Of a stretch of DNA of 64,000 nt, positions 1-10,700 are shown in pieces. The notes under the pieces were generated by a model, which did not search any database, was not told where the DNA came from, and was given only the letters and a program-made list of their open reading frames with translations. Source of the DNA: Azolla caroliniana (Eukaryota > Plantae > Polypodiophyta); contig JBHGNT010000015.1 of NCBI GenBank assembly GCA_043228905.1, positions 5,890,001 through 5,954,000 on the forward strand, in the 5' to 3' direction. The first letter of the stretch is position 1. Every line of letters starts with the position of its first letter. Made by a program: the position numbers and the translations under genes.

Positions 1-1362
1 TAGGTGCGTAATGCCGGCCTTGCTGAGGTGTCCTAATCTTCTGTGCCATAGTGATGACACAGGAATATCCACCAAAAACAGGTTACCCTCTCTGAGCGTA
101 ACATGTAACGGATACAGTGAGTGTATCTTGGGTCCTCTAGCAAGCAGGAGGTTCCCCCTGTGGAGTGTCCACCCTCCCGAAGAGAAACCGGCACGAATGC
201 CGTCTTCATCTAGTTGTCCGACTGAGATCAATGGCCTTGAGAGCTCGGGTACATGTCGGACATTGTGAAGTACAAGTGTAGAGCCACCTGCAAGGTTGAG
301 CTCTACTGTGCCGATTCCAATGATGTCACAGTGTTGCGAGTTGCCGACTCGAACTGAGTCGGAGTGACGGATCGTATATTGCCGAAATTGGGATCGATGA
401 GGAGTCACGTGAAATGACGCGCCCGAATCTAAGAGCCATGTGCTCGATTCTTCAGTCGTGAGCAGAACTTCTGATCCGACTGGATTTTCGATTGATAGTA
501 TATTCGGGTCGTTTGGTAGCACATCAGCTGAGAAGCTGACGTAATTGATCTCCTCATGCCGGCCACTCTTCTTGTCTGATTTGTGAGACTTGTCGTTCTT
601 GTTCTTGAGTGCGCGGCAGTCGGCTTTGATGTGTCCGGGTTTCTTGCAATAGTTGCAGATTCGATTATCCCGTGACTGGCTCCGTCTTCGCTGATTGTTC
701 GGCTGCCGTGAGGAATCTCTTCCTCGTATGTTCGATCGGTCTGTCGAACCTTGTACTACATAAGCGTTGTCTGTTGAGTCTTTGGCGAAAGACTTTCTCC
801 GAGCTGCTTCGGTCAGGATTGCGCTCGTGACTTCGGAGTATTTAACAGCCGTGGTTGACGCGTTGCACACGGTTGTGACGAAAGTTTCCCATGATGAGGG
901 AAGGCTGCTCATGAGTATCATTGCTCTGAGTTCATCCTCGATTGCCGTCCCCTGAGATGAGATTTGGGAGCTTATGCTTTCGTACTCATTGAGATGTGCT
1001 TGAACCGAATCTGATTCTTTCATCCGCAAGTTGTAGAGGCGCCGGATCAGAAACATCTTTGTTGCAGCGACCTTCTTTTCGTAAGTGTCCGACAGTGTTT
1101 TCCACAGTTCGAATGCTGTCGTACACGACTGCACCGTAAAGTATACCGATTCCGATAGGTGCATCCGAATCGTGGCGCGGACGATTCTGTCCAGCTTCTG
1201 CCACTCAATTGGTTTGTATCCTTCTGGAGGTTCTTCATTTTCGATGGGATCGATTTGCCCCTTGACTATGAGATAGTCCTGCATTTGCTCCTTCCAGAAG
1301 TTGAAGTTCGATCCATCGAACTTTCGTAGACTCATTTCTGACGAGCCGGATGTTGATGCCAT
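1..1362 (-). CDS. copia gag-pol polyprotein, N-terminal part (partial, open to the window edge)
   Basis: ATG at 1362: MASTSGSSEMSLRKFDGSNFNFWKEQMQDYL; zinc knuckle ICNYCKKPGHIKADC; protease WLLDSGASFH. No stop seen before position 1. Confidence 0.88.
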   Translation of the reverse strand, partial: MASTSGSSEMSLRKFDGSNFNFWKEQMQDYLIVKGQIDPIENEEPPEGYKPIEWQKLDRIVRATIRMHLSESVYFTVQSCTTAFELWKTLSDTYEKKVAATKMFLIRRLYNLRMKESDSVQAHLNEYESISSQISSQGTAIEDELRAMILMSSLPSSWETFVTTVCNASTTAVKYSEVTSAILTEAARRKSFAKDSTDNAYVVQGSTDRSNIRGRDSSRQPNNQRRRSQSRDNRICNYCKKPGHIKADCRALKNKNDKSHKSDKKSGRHEEINYVSFSADVLPNDPNILSIENPVGSEVLLTTEESSTWLLDSGASFHVTPHRSQFRQYTIRHSDSVRVGNSQHCDIIGIGTVELNLAGGSTLVLHNVRHVPELSRPLISVGQLDEDGIRAGFSSGGWTLHRGNLLLARGPKIHSLYPLHVTLREGNLFLVDIPVSSLWHRRLGHLSKAGITHL

Positions 1363-2159
1363 CAAATTTGGTTTCGGTTGACGAAGCTCGGTTCGGAGTT
1401 GACTACGAACCTTGTTGGAGTGCAGCCGGTTGGCTCACCCGATATCGTTCTAGTCGGATTTGGACCCGAGTCGGTTCGGCTTCGGATATATGTATTGTTG
1501 AACTTGCTCGAATTGACTCTGGTAACTTGAGGGACAGAACCGACTGGTCTTCCCGAATGTTGCCGAGTCGGAGTGAGCCCGGTTCGCTTCCGAATATATA
1601 TGCCAAATACCGATTATTGAAACCGATTGTCTGGACCGATTCTGCTTCGGGTGACTGCAGCGACGAGAGAGACGGATCCAACTGATCCTCCCAAATGTCG
1701 ATCAGCCGGATGAAGCACGAATTTGGGTTGTTGTTCTTGAGACCGATCTGCACCGAGTGGTTACAATGAGCGGCGAGCAGCGTTTGATGACCTCTTCGGA
1801 TGCCGTTTAACCGAGTGGAGCACGATCGTGTCAATGTTGCACAAGGGGATTTCACCTCGAGCGGTTACGATCACAGGGAACAGAGTAGAACCGGCTGGCT
1901 TACTTCAAGCGAAGATGATCTAACGCGATGAGATGCAAGCCTCGTTTTTCTTCTTCTTCTCTCTTCTTCGAATGACGCAGGAAACCGAATGTTGTGCAGG
2001 CTGAGACGACGTCCGACAGCGGGTTGAAGGACCGAATACTGTGCAGGCTCTGATACCAAATGTTGGGGACAAAGGCCGTCAATGCGGAAGATCTAGAAGC
2101 ATTCGATTGGGGTTTGAATACCTGCGTATGACCTGCGTATGACAGAATCGAAGATCGTG

Positions 2160-2197
<38 letters not shown>

Positions 2198-2381
2198 CAC
2201 AAAAGACTTTCTATTTCATAGAAACAAATAATACAACCAACCTTACAAAAAGGTTACAAGGTCACTATATATAGTGACCGACTTAGGGCAACTACCATTT
2301 ATGCTAATTACACAAATGGCCCAAACTTGATCTATACAAAGGGATAGTGTGAATACGTCCATTATACACTTGTATTCGACA
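1..2381 (-). mobile_element. Ty1/copia LTR retrotransposon A (5' LTR, PBS, gag-protease; runs off the left edge)
   Basis: 5' LTR 2061-2381 (TGTCG...CCAACA on minus). tRNA-iMet PBS TGGTATCAGAGC at 2047-2058 (minus). Inserted into the 3' region of a copia E-family copy (flank CCGAT 2382-2386). Confidence 0.9.
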
Positions 2382-3193
2382 CCGATGTGGTGAAGGGCTT
2401 GGATCCAGAAGACAAATCGGGAGCAACCAATTCGGACAAGAGCTGGAACGAATCGGAGACAGTCGATTCGGTTCAAAAGACAGATTCGGAAGAACCGGAT
2501 CAATTCAAGGCCAAGCAGACACGGATGCAGCGGAAGTCGATGCCATCGCGCAGGAACCGACGGATCGATAAGCGCCGGAGTCATAGCAACGAAGGAGCTA
2601 AGAGGGGCCTATTGAGAAGACATACCGATTGAGAAGGTCGAGGCACGCAGAACAAGAGGGGTCGCGGAAAACAGAACCGGACTGGACGAGGAGCGTGAGC
2701 AAGGCGAAGCGACGCTAGGAGAAGTCGGTTGGAAGAACCGACTGCCACAGAGACTAACACTAGGATCCAACCTCAAGTTGAGCTTGAGGGGGAGTGTTGA
2801 AGCGGCAAGCTCAACTGGAGCCGGATCGGCTGAATAAGCCTGAGCCAGCAAGCGAGATGGATTGGTAAGCCGGCAAGCAACAGAGGTGGTGAGCTGGGCA
2901 GCCGGTTAAGCCGGGTCCAATCGGTAACCGGAAGCCTAGTATTAGTTTAGACTACTAGGCCATTATAGTCTTGTAGTAAGTGTCAGAAGCTCGTGTGAGC
3001 ACTGAAGTACGCGGTACTTCTGTCAGTCCCATGAGGACTTGTATAAATAGTGATATTGAGCACAATTGTAAAGAGAGAGGCATATATCATTTTTTAATAT
3101 AGATTTTACGTTCTACTCTCTCTGTCTCTCCTGCGTACTCTGTGTATTCCTTACTTTCTCTGTTTCTAACACTTCCGCAAGTAATTGTTTATA
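2382..3193 (+). mobile_element. 3' end and 3' LTR of copia family E (copy 1)
   Basis: Charged C-terminal extension (DVVKGL...LKLSLRGS), purine tract GAGGGGGAG, then TGTTGA LTR start at 2795. Homologous to 35194-36247 and to 50811-51869 (minus). LTR end approximate. Confidence 0.75.
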
Positions 3194-3482
3194 ATCTGTG
3201 AGCAGGCACTAGGGTGATCGAGTCCAGTGCATCTTTCTACATAAATCCATCGAGAGAGTATTTCTCGACTTACATAGTTGGGGATCATGGTCATGTAAAT
3301 ATGGGTGACAATGGGGAGTGCAAGATAGCCGGAGTCGGAAGTGTTTGTTTGACGATGTCGACAGGGTGTCCGCTGACTCTCAAGGATGTTTGACACATCC
3401 CCGATATCATATTGAATCTGATGTCAACTGGACGACGAAGGCTACAATGGTAGTTTTCGGAATGGTAAGTCGAAGTTCTACT

Positions 3483-3514
3483 AACACCGGGTCATTTGAA
3501 ACAGGTAATATGTC
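3483..3514 (+). repeat. Left terminal inverted repeat (32 bp)
   Basis: Exact reverse complement of 15897-15928. Confidence 0.95.
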
Positions 3515-4245
3515 GTATTCTCTTTTGGCATAGTTGGCCAGATGTAGAAAAGTACCCTATTTTAGCCTGATATCGAAAATATACGATGTATGCGTACCCC
3601 TTTTGCGACTTGATAGTTAAATATAGAACAAAAAAAACCTAGCAATTACTAAATTGTATATGTGTCCACATTCGTGTCAATTTGCATATCATGGAGCACA
3701 ATTGAAGACTTGGTTCAATATAAAGTTCTAAAATTGGTATCCATATTCAAATTGTAGAGTAAAACTACATAAACTGTAATTATAAATATGTGGTTTTGGG
3801 TTTAGGAATAAAGTAGTACCCCACTTGTTGGACGGGTATATCGATAGTTTCATTGTATAATGTCATATAGTTCATGACAATGTAATTGGTAAGAGTAACA
3901 ATTATGTACGACATTCATTTATACTATGTGGAACCAATAGACTTGAACCGTAGGTAACTAAAAACCTCTTATTATCAAAAACATTCGCCTTTTCATATAC
4001 AGTCATGCTAACGGAAATGAGAAATTACAATATCATGTTTATATCTGAAACTAAAGAAGAGCATGGTGAACAATTATATGTAAATACAAACTACGGTTCC
4101 AATAATGATTAAAAAGGGAAATTATGAACAGGTGAATTTAATTAAACGATAAACAATTACAGATGTTCTCATATACAAATATAATATGAAGTGATGGTGA
4201 ACATTATGCCTCAAAATCCTCAATTTTTACATTACGCCATCTACA

Positions 4246-7200
4246 TCAATCTATAAGCAAATCAGGCAGAGCAGGCTCCTCCGGCGCTGATTGTTCTAGA
4301 CTATTTTCATTTGTGTCATCTCCAAGCTCTCTCGAATCTTATGTATGGTCAAACTGTGCTACATCTTCCAGGTCCACCAGCTCCCCTGCTTCTTCATCAA
4401 TTGGTTCCATTGGTTCTCATGAAGTCATCTGGAACATCTCTGTCTCGTTGATGTGTTTTGCTCCAACTTCTTGATCCTGATCTGGACAGTCCCAGATTCC
4501 TGTGATCCTCATTTTGATGAAGTTAACTTGAGCAGGGTCCTTCTCCAATGCAACACAGTTTCTAAACATCTTCAATGCACAAGCTGTCGTTGTACCTAAT
4601 GGTCGCATGAACACAAACAAGTATATATAAGAAGTAACGTCTTAAACTTGATCGACAGGATTGAAATTAAATATATATATTATACCTGTGCCAGAGAACA
4701 AGTCTAGGACCCAATCATCTAGATTCGAGAAGAGCTCTATGAGGCGTTTGATCAATCTTTGAGGTTTTTGATAAGGGTTCACCATACTTTTATCCCCTAA
4801 CACATGTCTTAATTTTTTGGTTACAGCTGGGCACATGATGTAGTTAACCACGTTACGCTCATTGACATGTGCTCTAGCCTTCTTCTTTGTAATTGAATCA
4901 TAGTAGCCCACACAAAAATGTTCGACTGCACTAACCATTCGATCGCCAGGGCTACGTGTAATATTTGTTTTGATCCTATAGAGAAAGAAAATCAAGTATT
5001 AGAGGTGTAAATGTGTACATATAATAAGAAGTATTGTAATGAGTAAAAGCGAACTATAACGCACCAATGCATGTGTTCAGTGGCATGACAACGGGACTTC
5101 AAAGCTGTTGTGACTGACAGTGATTGCCCCATGCTATGAAATATGACTATCCTCCACAAGGGGGCCAATGTCAGTTCTGCGAAATCCTTTACCATTTTCT
5201 CGATTTGAGGGTACTTGAAAGGCACATCATCATATGTTGATCCCGCAATACAGAAACCATATGGTATGTCAGCTATCAGCAAAGTGTAGTGCCTTCTCGG
5301 TAACAGTTCGAGCATCTGGGATACTTCACCATTGAAAACACTATAATGAAGTTGTTTGAAAGGATCAGACCTATGCGAAAAACTCTTTACAGTCTTCGAA
5401 TCTTCGGGCAGTTCCATTTCCTTCCCTTTGGTCATTCTCTTCTCATATTTCACACGTTCTAAGTGCGTGATGAAGGCCGCTGGAATACCGTCATTATTGT
5501 CGTTGTTCTTTTTCGATTTTGATGGTTTCTGCAAGTGTCATTGTTGTTAGCAGGGAACATTAGTTTCTAACATATCAACATTCAAAAGACACATACCCAT
5601 TCTCTAAATACAATAAAATATTCCTCCAATGCCTTGTAGGAAGAAGTTATCGGGCAGGCTTGTTCAATTTCTTCCCATGTCGGTAAACTCAGTTTTTGCA
5701 TCATCAACTCCTGAATCTTCATGTATACCTTGTGACTGCACAATCAATATGAAATTAGAAATAAGATATTCAAAATAATTGAAGACTTTCATGAAAAGGT
5801 ATACTATAAACACTTACTTTTGCAAGTCTGTTACCATCTCGTCCAAACTAAATTCCTTGGTGACCACTCGAGATAGCACGGATATTAACAATCTATCATC
5901 TTTGATACCTTGTAATGATCTCCAAGGTAAAAGTTTCATGTCCTCTGGTAACTCCTCGATTACCAAGTCGCTTTTTCCCTTGGTCTTTGATTTCATCTCA
6001 ACTTGTGGATCAATTCTTCCCTTTTTCGATCTTTGCCCCTTGACTTCTTTCCGCTCCCACATAGAGAATATTTTGTCTTGGAGATCCCACACCTCTCCGG
6101 TCCGAAAAGCTAGTTGAAACCAAGAATCATATTTTCGGAGACCTTCGGATTTGGTACTCTCATCCACTGCAATCCCTACTTCCAATAAACACTGGCGTCG
6201 CAATCCAGGCCACAATCTTGGACCAAAACAATTCAAGGCATCCAGGTATTCATGATGAAAAAATCTTATCCTCTCTATACATGACATCTTTTGCCTATAA
6301 TCATTGTCATTGTTATGGTCCCATGCGAGCAGCGTCGCCTCCTCGTGAGTTAGTCCTGCATATACCTTACATTCGGCATACTTGAAGAACGGCGTGAGAG
6401 GATATTCTTTGACAAGCTATCGTCAAGCTTCGGCCGAATGTGATCCTCCGATTACATATTAGGTGTAATCGTCTGCAGAGCTATACTTGAAATCTGCTAC
6501 TGTTGGGCATTGTTCTTGATCAACCATTACCAAAAATGGCACCACAGTAGCGTGAGGATTGATTTTCATTTTGCTTTTCAGGTTTTGCACATGGACGGAG
6601 TGCGGCTCCCTAATTTCCAAGGGACGTCTTCCAGTCACGGGGTCAATGGGGGGCCTTTGGATAGAAGTAATGGGCAAATGAAATAGCTGGCCCCTACACA
6701 CAAGTTTAGTCTTCACAATATTTTCTCTTATTTTATTTTGTTCTAACGTCAGGACACCAGACGATAGTTGTCCGCCTGGAGCCACGACGTCGACTTGTTG
6801 GTCGTCTTCTTCTTCCACGAACTCTAATATTTCTTCTTCTTCTTCTTCGGGTCGTGGTCATTTAGTATATTTCTTTTGAATAGGATTTGTCTTCCTAGAC
6901 TTTTTCAGTGGAGTTTCTGCTTCACCGGTCATCATCTCTCCTGTCACGTACGGCCGAAGAGCTACCAACAAGTTATTTTTCGTTTGCAGGTCTTTACGCA
7001 AAGCCTTGGGACTGCAAGATTCGGGTACTAGGTTTCCCTCATCAAGTCGCAATCACCTGTTGCCAACTGAGCTCAATGTCTTCGTACTCTAGCTTGGTTA
7101 CATGCCCGTAATTAAATGTTTTTCCAAGCTGAAGTTTCCCTTCCCCGTCCGATTTTGCCGTTATCAATAACAGCACCCCATCCTCCTCGACATAGGAGAG

Positions 7201-7488
7201 ACACCATTCAAGTTCGGGGTAATCCTTATATTTCACCTCAACCGTTTTCTCCTCTTGCGTACTACCTTTGTTGATTTTGGTAGTAGCCACAGATGACTTG
7301 GATCCTCCTTCCCCCGTTGAGTCAAATAAAATCTTTTTACTCGTGTCCTTCATGAAGGAGCCAGAATCTCGTTTTGTCGGAGATCGAATCTTCAATCTAA
7401 ATGAAGGAACTTTTTGTCTGGGTTCACTGAAATTAAAAACGTTGGTGAAAACGTAGAAACAACGTAGAATTTTATCTAAATCACGCAA
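4246..7488 (-). pseudogene. Multi-exon ParB/Srx-like domain plus beta-class N6A/N4C DNA methyltransferase (N6_N4_Mtase-like)
   Basis: GT-AG introns at 5817-5736, 5596-5529, 5064-4976 and 4685-4596 give a continuous frame. Motifs in order: YVIGGSHSAEA (ParB-like), LLIADIPYG (motif IV), HWIK, NPYQKPQRLIKRLIELFS...WVLDLFSGTGTTTACALKMFRNCVALEKD (motifs X-I-II). In-frame stops (4417, about 6420-6461, 6858) and a frameshift near 7050. A first exon may lie at about 13147-13260. Confidence 0.85.
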
Positions 7489-7574
7489 ATTATCATCTAA
7501 ATTACGTCAATTTTATGGTCCCATGCGATAGTTTTCTATCGCAAAAACAACATTTTTTTCAATGCAAATCCGTT

Positions 7575-7714
7575 GCACTACATCGGATTTGCGTTGAAAG
7601 GCATGACTTTCAGCGAAAATTCAATGCACTGCATCGGATTTGCATTGAAAGGCAGGACCTTCAGCGAAAATCCGATGCAATGCATCGGATTTGCGTTGAA
7701 GGTCCTGCCTTTCA
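7575..7714. repeat. About 51-bp tandem repeats ending in a 34-bp near-perfect palindrome
   Basis: Arms 7646-7679 and 7681-7714 are reverse complements at 32/34 positions. The CATCGGATTTGC(G/A)TTGAA core occurs three times. Confidence 0.85.
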
Positions 7715-7784
7715 GAATTGCTTTCCAAGTTCGTTGTACAAAATAAAATAAAATTTCTATGTGTTGAGGAAAGGAATCTTTAAG

Positions 7785-10700
7785 TGTTGGGATTACGGTC
7801 CCTCCGGATGGGATGTCCGGAGATGAATGACGGCAAGCCCGGTTGCGGTTACGGAGCCGGATGAAGAGTACCCGGCATGAAGCCGGATGAAGAGTACCCG
7901 GATACGGATCCGGATGATGAAGACCCCGGCTACGGAGCCGGATGACGAATGTACCCGGAGAGAGATCCGGATGCAGGGCTATATTTGTAAATATCCCGAA
8001 AGTCATATATGTATAAATATGACTTAGGGCAAACAGTTTTATGTGGTTGTTGCTTAATTTTCATGCGAAGTGAGAGCAGTCGAGAGAGAGAGAGAGAGAG
8101 AGACGAAGAGGTCGTTGCCTTTGTGTATTGCCGCCGCCTGTGGCGAAGACAGTGAGCTCAAGGTTGTTGCCTTGTAGCTTCACCAGTGTACATCCCTGTT
8201 CATAGTGATAGTTGGAGTTTGAGGACTCCCGTGGTTTTTCCCATTTAGGGTTTTCCACGTAAAACATCCAGTGTACCTTTCTCTCTATTGTTTTTCGTGC
8301 ATTGTTGTATTTCCCGTTTTCTGTGAATCGATCCTGTTCCTCGGTTGTGGCCGAGCACGGAATTTCAATAAAGTGGTATCAGAGCGACGGTAACACAGAA
8401 AATGGAAGGCGGCGGCAGCGGGCAGCCGGGAATGATGGTGCTGAATGCGCAGAATTACGCCGACTGGAAGATCAAGATGGAGGATCTTCTGATTGTTCGG
8501 GACCTGTACGAACCGATTGACAGGTCGGAAATACCGAAGGGAGTACTTGAGTTGGAGTGGAAGCTCCTGAACCGGAAAGCAGTAGCGACGATCCGGCAAT
8601 ATGTCGATGTAAGTGTCCTGCAACATGTGGCGAACGATACGAACGCCTATGAGATGTGGAAGAAGCTGTCGGGCCTCTATGAGAGGAAGAATGCGTTGAA
8701 CCGGACCTCCCTGATGAGAAAGATAGTGAACCTCAAGTACCGGGACGGCGAGAGTATGGTGGAACACGTAAGCACGTTCATGGGATTCGTGAACCAGCTT
8801 GCGGCGATCAAGTTCCCGTTGGAGGATGCAATGCAAGCCATCATCCTGATGTGTACATTGCCGGACAGCTGGGAGAACTTGGTGGTGACTCTCAGCACCT
8901 CCTGCACAGAAGACAACTTGTCCCTACAAACGGTAAAGACAAGTATTCTAAATGAAGAAGCGCGTCGGAGAGATAAAGAACCGGCCTCCGACTCGAAGGC
9001 GCTGCTTACCGAATCGGAACGGGGAAGACACTGGAACCGGAGTCCGCAAAGACGGGAGAAGTCGGGGACCCGGTCGCAGTCAAGAGGAAGACCCATCTGC
9101 TTCCACTGTGGGAAGCCGGGGCACTTCCGGAAGAATTGTCGGCATTACCGAAAGGACAACGGAGCCGACGACACCGATTCGAAGAAGTCACCGGAGAGAA
9201 ACGGTGCATACCGGGGAGCCACGGACCGGAGAGGTCCGGATCGGCGAGGGCAGGACCGGAAAGGAACGACGGCACTCACGGCAAGTGAAGAAGAGATAAT
9301 GCTCATTACCGAAGAGAGGGAGCTGAACCTTGCCGGCGTAGAGATGACCTGGGTGGTCGATTCCGGAGCGTCGTTCCACCTGACCCCGGAGAAGAAATAC
9401 TTCTCATCCTACACAGCCGGTGAGCACGGCTTTGTCCGGATGGGAAATGAAGGTACATGCCGAATTGCCGGTATAGGAGACGTGTGGCTGATGACATCAA
9501 CCGGATGCAAGATGCTGTTGAAGGATGTGCAACACGTTCCGGAGGTCCGATTGAACCTGATCTCGGCCGGGAGGCTAGATGATGAAGGCTACACGGGTAG
9601 CATCCGGAACGGCGTAATGAAGTTCAGCAAGGGGAGCCTGATAGTGGCTCGGGCCCGGAAGGTCAACACTCTGTACCTGATGAATGCCCGGTTATGTCCG
9701 GAAGAGCTGAATGTGGCAGCCGACACTGCCGGTGAGCTGTGGCACAAAAGACTGTGCCACATGAGTGAGAAGGGGATGAAGAGGCTTGCAGAAGACAACC
9801 TTATTCCAGTGAAGCATGTGCACCTGGAGAAGTGCACCGACTGCCTGGCCGGTAAGCAAAACCGGACCTCCTTCCACTCAAGGCCACCGACGAGACGTAG
9901 CGCACCCTTGGAGCTGGTGCACACTGATGTGTGTCAGGTAGAAACGAAGTCACATGGCGGAGCCCAGTACTTCGTGACATTCATTGATGATCACAGCCGG
10001 AAGCTGTGGACGGCACCGTTGAAGACAAAGGACCAAGTGTTGTCCGTCTTCAGAGAACTCCACGCGAGAGTGGAAAGAGAATCCGGCAAGAAGCTGAAAG
10101 CGATACGAGCGGATAACGGAGGGGAATACCGGGGGCAGTTCCAGGAGTACTGTCGCTCGAAGGGAATCCGGCTCGAGTTTACTGTGCCGAAGACGCCGGA
10201 ACTGAACGGGTTGGCCGAGAGGATGAACCGGACCATAATGGAGAGGGTCCGGAGTATGCTAGCGCATGCGAAACTACCCAAGGGATTTTGGGCTGAGGCA
10301 ATGTCGACGGCGACGTATGTGATAAATAGATCACCCTCAGTACCTTTGGACGGAGACACGCCGCAGAAAGTGTGGACCGGTAAGGAAGTGTCCTACCGGC
10401 ATCTGAAGGTGTTCGGGTGTCTCACATACGTGCATGTGGCAAAGGACCGGAGAGGAAAGTTAGATCCAAAGACCCGGCCATGCATATTCCTCGGTTACGG
10501 CGACGACGAGTTCGGCTACCGAGTATGGGACCCGGTCGACAAGAAGATATTCAGGAGTCAAGATATCATCTTCATGGAGGACAAGACGCTCGCCGACTGG
10601 GAGTCGGAGAAGAAGATGAAGAGCTCCAAGTCGACCGGTGAGGATAAACTCTACGAGGAGCAGTCCCGACCGGCAAGGGACCGGTTAACACTCGAAGACC

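Noticed and set aside
4246-7488. Bacterial contamination or a restriction-modification operon as the source of the MTase
   Set aside because: The gene has four frame-preserving GT-AG introns, sits in a TIR element nested in plant retrotransposons, and has no neighbouring endonuclease.
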